Source: Candidatus Eiseniibacteriota bacterium | Lineage (GTDB): Bacteria; Eisenbacteria; RBG-16-71-46 | Assembly: GCA_044223005.1 (NCBI GenBank) | Contig: JBGAML010000001.1 | Location: 192,001 to 256,000, forward strand | Reading direction: 5' to 3' | DNA: 64,000 bases | Part shown: positions 9,037 to 18,145 of the stretch, in pieces | Numbering within the stretch: the stretch's first letter is position 1 | How the letters are laid out: every line of letters starts with the position of its first letter | Made by a program: the position numbers and the translations under genes | The notes under the pieces: model-generated | Told to the model about the DNA's origin: nothing | Seen by the model: only the letters and a program-made list of their open reading frames with translations | Database searches by the model: none

Positions 9037-9792
9037 CTACCGGTAGAGCGCCTTCAGGCTGCCCCACGTCGTGCCGCGCGTCGCGACGGGCGCGTCGGTC
9101 GTGAGGAGCAGGTCGTCGAAGTACGTGAAGGTGTTCGAGATGTCGGCGCGGAAGTTGTAGACGCCCACGAACCCGGTCATGAGCGGGCTCGCCGTGTCGA
9201 CGATCGGTCCGCCGCTCGTCAGCTCCGTCGTGTCGAACCACAGCCGGAACTGGTTCGCGGTCGCTTGCACCTTGAGCTTGTGCCACGTGTTCGCCTGCGG
9301 CACGCCGCCGGGGATGTTCGGCCCGATCCAGCTCGCGAGCGACGTCGGCACCTGGCCGATCAGCTTGCGGAAGACGAGCTGGCCGTTGCCGGAGTAGAGC
9401 ACGAACTGGTAGCAGCTCTTGAAATTGCTGCTCGCGTCGGCGCGCAGCACGAGACCGCGGCGCGAGCTGCCGTCGCCGGTGAAGAACCAGCCTTCCCACG
9501 TGTAGTCGTACTGGCCCTGCGGATCCACGCACGAGAGCGCGATGCCGCCGCTGTCGATCGTGGCGCTCACGAGCTGGCCGACCGTGTGGTCGCCGGACGG
9601 GTTCGCGTACGCGGCATCGGACGCGTCGAGCGTCTTGCCGATGAGCATGCGGTTGGTGTCGAAGCCGGGCAGCCACGTGAGCTGGGTGTCGCCACCGTTC
9701 ACATGTTCTTCCTCGACCGTGTACGCGGCCGCGGGAATCGCGGCCAGGAGCGCGAGCAGCGCGGCCAGTGTGAACGTTCTCGCCAGGTTCAT
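9037..9792 (-). CDS. Secreted beta-sandwich (ConA-like/DUF1080-like) protein with C-terminal TWGSLKALYR motif
   Basis: Signal peptide MNLARTFTLAALLALLAAIPAAA; GLVLR, WHKLKV, GFVGV, YFDD pattern; terminal motif. Confidence 0.7.
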   Translation of the reverse strand: MNLARTFTLAALLALLAAIPAAAYTVEEEHVNGGDTQLTWLPGFDTNRMLIGKTLDASDAAYANPSGDHTVGQLVSATIDSGGIALSCVDPQGQYDYTWEGWFFTGDGSSRRGLVLRADASSNFKSCYQFVLYSGNGQLVFRKLIGQVPTSLASWIGPNIPGGVPQANTWHKLKVQATANQFRLWFDTTELTSGGPIVDTASPLMTGFVGVYNFRADISNTFTYFDDLLLTTDAPVATRGTTWGSLKALYR

Positions 9793-9842
9793 GGGGAAGA
9801 TCCTCCGTCGTCGGGGTCGCAGCGCAGGATGGGGCGGAGCGA

Positions 9843-11819
9843 TCATCGTGCGAGCACGATGCGCACGGCGCCTTCCGGATCGGTGTCGCTCAGGCGGGCG
9901 AGATAGACGCCCGCGGGAACGCGGCGGCCGCCGTCGTCGCGCCCGTCCCACTGCACCGGGACGGCATTCGACATCGGCAGCGACGCCACGCGCCGGCCGT
10001 CGATCGAGTAGACCTCGACGCGACGGGCCGGATTCGGTTCGAGCGCCGCGGAGAACGTCACGCGCGCGGCGCCGAAAACGGGATTGGGAGCCGCGCGCAG
10101 CGCGCGCGGGCTCGCGAGGTGCGTGGGCGCGGGCGCGGCGAGCACGCTCGCCGCCGGCTTCACCTCGAGGTAGGCGATCCGGCGCAGCACGTTGATCGGC
10201 GTCGCACCGCGATCGCCGATCAGGACGCAGCCGGACTGGTTGGTGGCCGAGGCCTGGAACAGCAGGTGGAGCCGGCCGCCGGGATTGCGCGTCGCGAGCG
10301 AGAAGAAGCGCTCGTCGGTGTTCGGCGTGTTGGTCAAGTCCTGCGCCGCGGACCACGGCTGGCCCGTGCGGCCGACGCTGCACGCGATGTCGCCGAACCC
10401 GAGCCCCGTGCAGATGCCGGGGTAGCCGCCGTCGGCGGTCGGGTCGATCTCGGCGTCGGTGTAGCGCAGCCACGCCACGTAGGTCTCCGAGCCGTCCGGC
10501 GAGAAGCCGACCTGCGGCCAGTCCACGGAGATGGTGTTGAATCCGGCGAGCGGGCCGTTGAGGCCGTTGTCGATGTCGTCGAAGTGGTCGGCGACGCCTG
10601 CCGGGACCTGGTACACGGTCTCGACGCCGCGGTTCGGGCTCCAGTGCTCGATGCGGCTGAGGTGGTCGTAGTACGTGACCGTGGTGCCGTTCCTGCGCGC
10701 CTGCAGTTCGCTCCACACGACGTGCGGCGTGGTGTCGGCGTACGCGAGGTGGCAGTGGATGTAGGCGCGGTACTGCGTCGAGAGCGAATCGCCGCGCACG
10801 ATCTGCGCGTCCGTGTAGTTGGTGAGGTTGCGGATCGTCACGGTGTTGGCCGCGAACGTCCCGTTGGCCGACTCGATCAGGTACATGCTGCCGCCGTAGT
10901 CCCCCACCGCGATGCCGACGCGGCCGTCGGAGGCCGCGGCCATGCACGGGTACGCGGGCCGGCCGTCGCGGAACAGCGAGGCGGGCACGACACCCGGGAT
11001 CAGGTTGAGCCACGCCTGCCCCTGCCAGTTGAAGCACGTGTACGGCGTGCCGGTGGTCGGGAACCAGCTCGTGCCGATCTGGACCGTCTCGTCGTAGAGC
11101 CCCGCGACCGGCACCTCGCCCAGCAGCGACACGCCGCCGCCGGGCGTGATCGCCGCCTGCGGGAAGAGAAAGCTGTTGCCGCCGGCGATGGGCGCGAGGT
11201 GGTCCATCCATGTGGACGTCCCGGCGCCGCTCTCGAGGAAGAAGTCGCCGTGCAGGTCGCAGCCATCTTCGTTCAGGTGCTGCGCGACGATCGCGCGGCC
11301 CGAGGGCGCGAGCGCCAGCGAACCGAGCCCGCCGAACATCTCGGCGGCGCTGCAGCACGGGTGCGACGCGGTCGCCGGGTCGGCGACCTTGCCGAGGTCG
11401 TGCCAGGTGCCCTGCGCGTCGCGGTACGCGTACGCCATGCCACGCTGCGGATAGGGCTGCACCGCATTCAGGTTGGGCGGGCAGCTGCCGGCCGCCTCGC
11501 AGAGGTCGTCCATCCACGTCGCGTGGACGCGGCCGTCGTCGCCCACCTCGATGTGGTGGCCGAGCGACCCCATGTCCTGCAGGTCGTACCACGTCGAATC
11601 GATCGCGACCGCGCCGGCCGGCAGCCCCACGGGCGACACGGTGACGGCGGCCGCCGCCGCCGGCGCGACGACGCGGAGCGTGGCGCGCGGTCCGGGGGCG
11701 AGCGGGTCGAGCAGGATGCGGCCTTCGGGGTTCGGGCGCGTGCGCGCCGAGGCGGCGGGCACGAGAAGCAGCAGTGCGAGGAGTGCGAGCGTGCGCGGAT
11801 GGAGGCGCATGGGGGTCAT
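9843..11819 (-). CDS. Secreted Cys-containing protein with C-terminal FlgD-Ig/T9SS-CTD-like domain
   Basis: Signal peptide; C-terminal APNP...VYSIDGRRV...WDGRDDGGRRVPAGVYLARL; overlaps the TBDR stop. Confidence 0.75.
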   Translation of the reverse strand: MTPMRLHPRTLALLALLLLVPAASARTRPNPEGRILLDPLAPGPRATLRVVAPAAAAAVTVSPVGLPAGAVAIDSTWYDLQDMGSLGHHIEVGDDGRVHATWMDDLCEAAGSCPPNLNAVQPYPQRGMAYAYRDAQGTWHDLGKVADPATASHPCCSAAEMFGGLGSLALAPSGRAIVAQHLNEDGCDLHGDFFLESGAGTSTWMDHLAPIAGGNSFLFPQAAITPGGGVSLLGEVPVAGLYDETVQIGTSWFPTTGTPYTCFNWQGQAWLNLIPGVVPASLFRDGRPAYPCMAAASDGRVGIAVGDYGGSMYLIESANGTFAANTVTIRNLTNYTDAQIVRGDSLSTQYRAYIHCHLAYADTTPHVVWSELQARRNGTTVTYYDHLSRIEHWSPNRGVETVYQVPAGVADHFDDIDNGLNGPLAGFNTISVDWPQVGFSPDGSETYVAWLRYTDAEIDPTADGGYPGICTGLGFGDIACSVGRTGQPWSAAQDLTNTPNTDERFFSLATRNPGGRLHLLFQASATNQSGCVLIGDRGATPINVLRRIAYLEVKPAASVLAAPAPTHLASPRALRAAPNPVFGAARVTFSAALEPNPARRVEVYSIDGRRVASLPMSNAVPVQWDGRDDGGRRVPAGVYLARLSDTDPEGAVRIVLAR

Positions 11820-13924
11820 TCCTTATGGGACACGAACCACGGCGGCGTCAGGTCGCGGCGCATGGCCAGCGACCAAGTCCGCCCCGGTTCGAGAACGAAG
11901 CTGAGGTGTTCGCGGTACGACTCGTTGGTGAGGTTCCGGACGGCGAATGCGATCCGCGTTCCGCCGACCACGCACGTCGCCTCGGCCGAACCGAGCCAGA
12001 ACGCCGGCCCGGCGAGGTCCTGCTCCTTCTCGGCGAAGGTCGCGTCGTTCCAGCGCGCGCGCAGCGTGATCGTGCCGTTGGGGAGCACGCGGCGGACGGG
12101 CACGCGGAAGTCCATGGTCACGTGGCCCGAGCCGACGTCGTTGAGCCGCGCGCCGGTCGCGACGTCGCGGCCGCGCGGCAGGGATCCCGACGCCACGACC
12201 TGCAGGCCGCCGAGCCGCACGTCCGCCTGCAGCTCCGCACCTTCGAGGCGCGCGCGGCGGACGTTGCGGTACTGGAAGCGCGGCACGCCGTAGAGCATGT
12301 CGACGTACTGGATCGAGATCATGTCGTCGACGTCGGAGCGGTACACGGAGACGCGCGCCGACTGGACGTGGCCGCCGAGCATCTCGCCGAACCGCAGGCC
12401 GCCCTCGGACGTGAACGAGCGCTCCGCCACCAGGTCGGGATTGCCGAACACGTGCATGCCGCCGTGGACGTCGTCGTTGAAGTAGCGCTCCTCAAGGTTC
12501 GGGGCGCGGAAGCCGGTGCCGGCGTGCACGTACGGCTCGACCGGCCCGAACGCGCGCGAGAGCCCGCCGTCCACGCTCGGACGCTGGTTCGTGACGTCGA
12601 GCGCCGACGTGAAGCTCATGGGCGTGGAGTCCGCGACGGCGTGCTGGTGGTCCCAGCGCGCACCGGTCTCCCAGCGCACGGACCTCAGCCGGCCGCCGAG
12701 CGTCGCGCCGGCCGCGAGCACCGTGCGCCGCGCGGGCGGCATGCTCTCGCCGGTCCGGACACTGGTCGCGGTGGTCGCGCCGGAGGTGTTGGTCGTGACG
12801 TTGGTCGTGACCCGCGAACCGCCGGTCGTCTCGTAGCGGTACTCGCCGAACACGCGCAGCGGTCCGCGCCGCAGGCTCGGCTGCAGCGAGCGCGACCACG
12901 TGGTGATGCGGTCGGCGGCGTCGTTGCTCTGGAAGCCGCGCAGCACGCGGCGCACGAACAGGCTGTCGACGGAGATCTCGTCGTAGCGTGTGAGGAAGCG
13001 CTGCTGCACCGCGAGCAGCCGGAACTCGGGGCGCCAGCCGCTCTCGGGCGTCGAGAGCTCGAGCCGGTCGGCGTCGCGCGACTGCAGCGGGTACTCCGCG
13101 CTGCCGCCGGCGGCGGTGGCGAAGCCGGGCAGGCCGATGTCGAACGCGGCGTGACGCGTGTGCTCGTAGTCGGCGGTGAGCGCGCGCCACTGCAGCGCGC
13201 CGCGGCCGTTCACGTCGAGTTCGTGGTGACCGCTCTGGGGCACGGCGCCGTACGGGGTCACCACCTCGCGCAGGCGGTCGCCGCCCACGCCCAGCTCGGC
13301 GCCCCAGCGCGGATGCAGCACGCGCAGCCGCGCGTGCGCGCTGCCGCCGTCGCCCGGGTCCGTCACGCGCCCGACGAGCGAGAGCGTCGCGGTGGGATCG
13401 GAGGCAAACAGGCTGCGGTGCGTGACGAGGTTGACCACCGCGCCGAGCGCGTCGGAACCGAACTGCGCGCTGCCGCCGCCGGGCAGCAGCTCGAACGACT
13501 CGAGCTGGTCGACGGAGACGAGCGACGTCTGCGCCCCGTGCCCGCGCCCGGTCTGGAGCCGCACGCCGTCCACCATGACGAGCACGCGCTCGCCGGAAAG
13601 ACCGCGCACCGAGACGCGCGAATCCCATGCCCCCGTCTTGACGATGTCGAGCCCCGGCGCGGCCTGCAGCGCGTCGCCGGTCGTGGCCGGCTGGAAGCGC
13701 ACCAGCTTGGAGCGGTCGAGGCGGACCGCGGTGGCCGTGGTCCGCTCGGGGGAAACCGATCGCTGCGCATCCACCTGCACGGGCTTGAGCACCGTGATGG
13801 TGTCCGCCACACCACGCGTTCGGACCCGCAGGCTGTCGGGCTCCTGGGCCGCCGCCCCTTGCACGCCCGCGGCCACCGCGAGCGTCGCGGCGAGAAGGCG
13901 GGCGGATGCGGGATGGAGTCGCAT
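11816..13924 (-). CDS. TonB-dependent outer membrane receptor
   Basis: Plug domain (VSVRGL...VLVMVDG, GSAQFGSDALGAVVN), GFRAPNLEE, GNPDLVAERS, VRNLTNESY. Confidence 0.9.
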   Translation of the reverse strand: MRLHPASARLLAATLAVAAGVQGAAAQEPDSLRVRTRGVADTITVLKPVQVDAQRSVSPERTTATAVRLDRSKLVRFQPATTGDALQAAPGLDIVKTGAWDSRVSVRGLSGERVLVMVDGVRLQTGRGHGAQTSLVSVDQLESFELLPGGGSAQFGSDALGAVVNLVTHRSLFASDPTATLSLVGRVTDPGDGGSAHARLRVLHPRWGAELGVGGDRLREVVTPYGAVPQSGHHELDVNGRGALQWRALTADYEHTRHAAFDIGLPGFATAAGGSAEYPLQSRDADRLELSTPESGWRPEFRLLAVQQRFLTRYDEISVDSLFVRRVLRGFQSNDAADRITTWSRSLQPSLRRGPLRVFGEYRYETTGGSRVTTNVTTNTSGATTATSVRTGESMPPARRTVLAAGATLGGRLRSVRWETGARWDHQHAVADSTPMSFTSALDVTNQRPSVDGGLSRAFGPVEPYVHAGTGFRAPNLEERYFNDDVHGGMHVFGNPDLVAERSFTSEGGLRFGEMLGGHVQSARVSVYRSDVDDMISIQYVDMLYGVPRFQYRNVRRARLEGAELQADVRLGGLQVVASGSLPRGRDVATGARLNDVGSGHVTMDFRVPVRRVLPNGTITLRARWNDATFAEKEQDLAGPAFWLGSAEATCVVGGTRIAFAVRNLTNESYREHLSFVLEPGRTWSLAMRRDLTPPWFVSHKE

Positions 13925-13976
13925 GGCGAGTCGAATATCGGTCCCGCCGTGCGCGGTTCACCATTCGGAGTTTCGC

Positions 13977-14004
13977 TGAAATTTCACTCCGTACGGATAC
14001 GGAG
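13977..14004. promoter_or_regulatory. Palindromic sites TGAAATTTCA and CTCCGTA-N4-TACGGAG upstream of the TBDR; candidate response-regulator site
   Basis: Perfect inverted repeats in the intergenic region between the RR and TBDR genes. Confidence 0.45.
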
Positions 14005-14177
14005 GGACGTTGGTAGCAGTCCGCGGAGGCGACCGGGAGGAATCACCGGGAATTCCACGCGTGCGCTTCCGCGCGCCGCACCACTGCCGCGATTCGCCTC
14101 GCATCTGGACCCGGCGCGGCGCCCGAACGGGCGGCGCCGCAGGCCGTGCGCACGCCTTCGCCGTCGCGCCCGAACGA

Positions 14178-14873
14178 TCAGGCCGGGTCGCGCGGACCCT
14201 CGATCAGCCCTTCGCGGATCGCGAACTGCGTGAGCAGCGCGACCGAACGGAGGTCGAGCTTGCGCATCAGGTTCGCGCGGTGCGTCTCGACCGTGCGCGC
14301 GCTGATGTTCTGCGCCGCCGCGATCTCCTTGGTGGTCAGCCCGCGCGCGACCCCGATCAGCACGTCGCGCTCGCGGCCGGTCAGCTTCGCGAGCGGCCGA
14401 TCCACGTCGCCGCCGGTGCGCAGGCTGTCGGCGAGCGTCCGCTGCGCGCGCTCGCTGAAGAACGAGCCGCCGGTCATCACCGCCTCGATCGCCGCCAGCA
14501 GGTCCTGCACCGCGAGGTCCTTGAGCAGGTAGCCGTTCGCGCCGTCGCGCACGGCACGCGTCACGTACTCCGGCTGCGCGTGCATCGTGAGCACGATGAT
14601 GTGCGTGTCCGGCGCGACCGAGCGGGCTTCGCGCAGGACCGAGAAGCCGTCGCCGTCGGGCATGTTGAGGTCGAGCAGCAGCACGTCCGGCTGCACCTTC
14701 GCGAGGCCCGCGAGCGTCTCGGCGCCGCTGCCGGCCTCGCCGACCAGCTCGATCCCGGGCACGCCCTCGAGCACGCGCCGCACGCCCGCGCGCACCAGCG
14801 GATGGTCGTCGGCCAGCATCACGCGCGTCGGTCCGCGCGGAGCCTCGTCCCCTTCGTGCTCGATCTCGCTCAT
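14178..14873 (-). CDS. NarL/FixJ-family response regulator (REC + LuxR HTH)
   Basis: LADDHPLVR, DLNMPD, YLLK, LTGRERDVL, TVETHRANLMRKL. Confidence 0.95.
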   Translation of the reverse strand: MSEIEHEGDEAPRGPTRVMLADDHPLVRAGVRRVLEGVPGIELVGEAGSGAETLAGLAKVQPDVLLLDLNMPDGDGFSVLREARSVAPDTHIIVLTMHAQPEYVTRAVRDGANGYLLKDLAVQDLLAAIEAVMTGGSFFSERAQRTLADSLRTGGDVDRPLAKLTGRERDVLIGVARGLTTKEIAAAQNISARTVETHRANLMRKLDLRSVALLTQFAIREGLIEGPRDPA

Positions 14874-16120
14874 GCCCCCCCCTTCAGCGGCAACGTCGCC
14901 TCCACGCGCAGCCCGCCGGCCGCCGCGCGGCCCAGCACCAGCTCGCCGCCCACCAGCGTGACTCGCTCGCGCATTCCGAGCAAGCCGAGGTGCGGCCGTG
15001 GCTCCTCGCCCGCGCCGCGGCCGTCGTCCTCGATCGCGACGGTCGCGCGCACGCCGTCGCGGGCCACCGTGACCCAGGCGCGGCTGCCGCCGCTGTGCCG
15101 CGCGACGTTGGTGAGCGATTCCTGCACGACGCGGTAGACCACGAGCGCGACCTCCGGTGGCCACGGATCCTCGTCGCTCGTCTGCAGCTGCACGTCGATC
15201 CGCGTGCGGGCGCGGAAGTCGTTCACCAGCGCGCGGAGCGCCGAGGCGAGCCCGAGGTCGTCGAGCGCGCGCGGACGCAGCAGCTCGGAGAGGTCGCGCA
15301 CCTGCTCCAGCGCGCGGCCGACCAGCGCGCTCTCCTCCTTCGCGCCCGCGAGGTCGAGCGAGATCTTGGCCGCGGTGAGCGCCTGCCCCGCCTCGTCGTG
15401 CAGCTCGCGCGCGATGCGGCGGCGCTCCTCCTCCTGCGCGCGCAGCAGCAGCTGCGTCAGCTGCTCGAGCTGGAGCGTGCGCTGCTCGAGCGTGCGGCGC
15501 TCCTGCCCGAGCACCATCACCAGCGTGCCGATCGCGACCGAAAGGATGAAGAGCACGTCGAGGATGACGCCGAACACGACCCCCTGTCCGAGCGGCCGCA
15601 GGATCGGGTAATCGAGGTGGTGCAGGCCCCAGAGCGTGTACGTCCACGCCAGCAGCCGCGTCCCGGTGGAGGGTGTCTGGCGCAGCTGGCGCCAGAAGAC
15701 GCCCGCGGTCCACAGCGTGACGCCGGCGAGCAGGAGCACGTTCGTGGTGCCGGCCACCGCCATGTTGTGGATCACGAGCACGGAGAACGCGGCCCACGCG
15801 ACCGCGACCGCGCCGATCACCGCGTAGCGCCGCCGCCAGCGCGCGCCGCGCGAGAACTGCAGCGCGGCCACCAGCAGCAGCAGCGCGGTGAGCGCCGTCA
15901 TCGCCTGGTGGCCGAACAACCACACCTCGGCGCGCGGGCCCTCGGCGCGGTGCACGAGGTACGCCGAGATGAACGCGAGCCGCGCCGCGTAGAGCATCCA
16001 CGCGAACGCCCACGTCAGGAAGTAGCGCTGCCGCTGCTGGCGGAAGAGGCCGAGGTAGACGGCCGCCAGCACCAGCGTGAAGAGCGCCTGGAATCCGAGT
16101 GCCGAGAGTTCGATCAGCAT
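14870..16120 (-). CDS. Multi-TM sensor histidine kinase (HisKA_3 type)
   Basis: About 7 N-terminal TM helices; EERRRIARELHDEAGQ, QESLTNVARH, EDDGRG, GLLGMRERV. Confidence 0.93.
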   Translation of the reverse strand: MLIELSALGFQALFTLVLAAVYLGLFRQQRQRYFLTWAFAWMLYAARLAFISAYLVHRAEGPRAEVWLFGHQAMTALTALLLLVAALQFSRGARWRRRYAVIGAVAVAWAAFSVLVIHNMAVAGTTNVLLLAGVTLWTAGVFWRQLRQTPSTGTRLLAWTYTLWGLHHLDYPILRPLGQGVVFGVILDVLFILSVAIGTLVMVLGQERRTLEQRTLQLEQLTQLLLRAQEEERRRIARELHDEAGQALTAAKISLDLAGAKEESALVGRALEQVRDLSELLRPRALDDLGLASALRALVNDFRARTRIDVQLQTSDEDPWPPEVALVVYRVVQESLTNVARHSGGSRAWVTVARDGVRATVAIEDDGRGAGEEPRPHLGLLGMRERVTLVGGELVLGRAAAGGLRVEATLPLKGGA

Positions 16121-16143
16121 GATCCCCGCCGGAAAGGGCGCGG

Positions 16144-16172
16144 ATTATCCCGTGCCGGCCCTTCGGGGACAA
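16144..16172 (-). promoter_or_regulatory. Putative sigma70 promoter (TTGTCC-N17-GATAAT) for the HK-RR pair
   Basis: Consensus-like hexamers with 17-bp spacer just upstream of ATG 16120. Confidence 0.5.
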
Positions 16173-16223
16173 GGAGTTGCGGCCGCGCAACCCGGCGGCC
16201 CGGGGGGCCGTATTCCGGGATGC

Positions 16224-16247
16224 TAGCGATGTGATATCATATCGCTA
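16224..16247. promoter_or_regulatory. 24-bp near-perfect palindrome TAGCGATGTGATATCATATCGCTA; candidate operator
   Basis: AT-rich inverted repeat with one mismatched pair, 30 bp before the SPFH ATG. Confidence 0.6.
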
Positions 16248-16277
16248 TCTTGCCACCCGAAAGGAGGCTCGCGTTCC

Positions 16278-17147
16278 ATGATTCGCGAAACCGAAGCCCG
16301 CACCAGTCCCGGCATGGCGATGCTGATCGGGCTGCCCCTGCTGATCGTGCTCGACATCGTCTGGGTGATCGCCTCGGCGGTCCAGCACCAGCCGATCTTC
16401 GTCATCCTCGCCGTCGTGCTGCTCGTCGTGCTGGCGTTGATGCTGGCCGGCTTCTTCGTGGTCGACCCCAACGTCGGCTCCGTGGTGGTGCTGTTCGGCC
16501 AATACCGCGGCACCGAGCGACGCCCGGGCCTGTGGTGGGCGAACCCGTTCGCGGACAAGCGCAAAGTGTCGCTGCGCGTGCGCAACTTCGAGAGCGCCAA
16601 GCTCAAGGTGAACGATCACGACGGCAACCCGATCGAGATCGCGGCCGTGGTGGTGTGGCGCGTGATCGACACCGCCGAGGCGATCTTCCAGGTCGACAAC
16701 TACGACAACTTCATGCACGTGCAGAGCGAGGCGGCGCTGCGCAACCTGGCGACGGCGCACCCGTACGACGCGCACCAGGACGGGCAGATGTCGCTGCGCG
16801 CGAACACGGCGGAAGTGGCCGAGGACCTGAAGCGCGAGATCCAGTCGCGCCTGGAGAAGGCGGGCATCGAGGTGATCGAAGCGCGCATCAGCCACCTCGC
16901 CTACGCCGCCGAGATCGCGAACGCGATGTTGCGCCGCCAGCAGGCGAGCGCGGTGATCGCGGCGCGCACCAAGATCGTCGAAGGCGCGGTGAGCATGGTC
17001 GAGATGGCGCTCGACGAGCTGAACAAGCGCCAGGTCGTGACGCTCGACGAGGAGCGCAAGGCGGCCATGGTGAGCAACCTGCTCGTCGTGCTCTGCAGCG
17101 AGCACGAGACGCAGCCGATCGTGAACGCCGGCACGCTCTACCAGTAA
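16278..17147 (+). CDS. SPFH/band 7 domain membrane protein
   Basis: Two TM helices, [55 protein letters not shown]. Confidence 0.92.
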   Translation: MIRETEARTSPGMAMLIGLPLLIVLDIVWVIASAVQHQPIFVILAVVLLVVLALMLAGFFVVDPNVGSVVVLFGQYRGTERRPGLWWANPFADKRKVSLRVRNFESAKLKVNDHDGNPIEIAAVVVWRVIDTAEAIFQVDNYDNFMHVQSEAALRNLATAHPYDAHQDGQMSLRANTAEVAEDLKREIQSRLEKAGIEVIEARISHLAYAAEIANAMLRRQQASAVIAARTKIVEGAVSMVEMALDELNKRQVVTLDEERKAAMVSNLLVVLCSEHETQPIVNAGTLYQ

Positions 17148-17156
17148 GGAGACGGC

Positions 17157-17342
17157 GTGGCGGAACGGAAACCCTTCCTGCTCCGGATCGACCCGGAAGT
17201 CCTCGACGCCCTGCAGAAGTGGGCGGCCGACGACCTGAGGAGCCTGAACGCGCAGATCGAGTTCGTGCTGCGCCGTTCGCTCCAGCAGGAAGGGCGTGCG
17301 CCGGGCGGTGACGCCCGGCGGCCGAAGAAAGGACGCACGTGA
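17157..17342 (+). CDS. Arc/ribbon-helix-helix DNA-binding protein
   Basis: ERKPFLLRIDP...WAADDLRSLNAQIEFVL; the usual partner of this SPFH subfamily. Confidence 0.85.
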   Translation: MAERKPFLLRIDPEVLDALQKWAADDLRSLNAQIEFVLRRSLQQEGRAPGGDARRPKKGRT

Positions 17343-17908
17343 ACGCAGCGACGCTTTCCGCGGTACGTCGGCGGACCGATGCCGACGACACGCTCGCCCT
17401 GGCTCCGTTCGATCCGGACGCGCGTGGCACCTGGCGCTGGACGCAGCCCGGCCGCTTCGCATCGCGCTGGCGGCTGCTCGTGGACGGGCAGCCGGTCGCG
17501 GTGATGCGCGGTCACGGAACGTTCGGGCGGCCGATCACGGTGCGGTTCGCGAGCGCGACGTGGGAGATGCGCACGCGGTTCCCGCTCGAACTCACGCTTT
17601 CCGCGGCGGGCGACCGAGCCATGCAGGCGCGTTTCGCGCCGGGATGGTGGGCGAACGGCCGGCTGATGCGCGAGGGACGCGCGACGCTGCTCTGGCGGCG
17701 CGAAGGGTTCTGGGGCATGCGCTGGGCGTTGCGCACGGGCGAGCTCCTGCCACTCGTGCACGTCGTCGCGCAGCGGAGCTTCCTGCGCCGCGAGTGCGTG
17801 GTGGAACTGGAGGACGCCGCACGCCGCGAGCCGGACCTGGCGCCGCTCGTCGCGATGGCCTGGGCGCTCGTGCTGCGCACGCATCGCGGGCACGCCGGCG
17901 GGGCCTGA
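17339..17908 (+). CDS. Hypothetical protein (Trp/Arg-rich, beta-rich)
   Basis: GTGA overlap with the RHH gene; plausible codon usage. Confidence 0.6.
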   Translation: MNAATLSAVRRRTDADDTLALAPFDPDARGTWRWTQPGRFASRWRLLVDGQPVAVMRGHGTFGRPITVRFASATWEMRTRFPLELTLSAAGDRAMQARFAPGWWANGRLMREGRATLLWRREGFWGMRWALRTGELLPLVHVVAQRSFLRRECVVELEDAARREPDLAPLVAMAWALVLRTHRGHAGGA

Positions 17909-18145
17909 TCGCGCGGACGCAACACGCACGCGCGCACTTTCGATCTTGACCCCGCCCGGCACGGGTAGCACTTTCCGCGCACGGTCCGGACGATGCGAAC
18001 CGGTTCGACCACTCGAGCGCATCGCCCACCGGAGGACCGTGTCGCGAACGTCGCGGGTTGCCATCCACCCCGCGCCCTCGTGGCTGGCCGTGGCCCGGGC
18101 AGGATGCCCGGGCCCCGCCGACCTCCCGCCCGTGGAGCCGCTCCC

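Noticed and set aside
13925..14177. Possible cobalamin riboswitch upstream of the TonB receptor
   Set aside because: No recognisable B12-box or conserved core on the coding strand.
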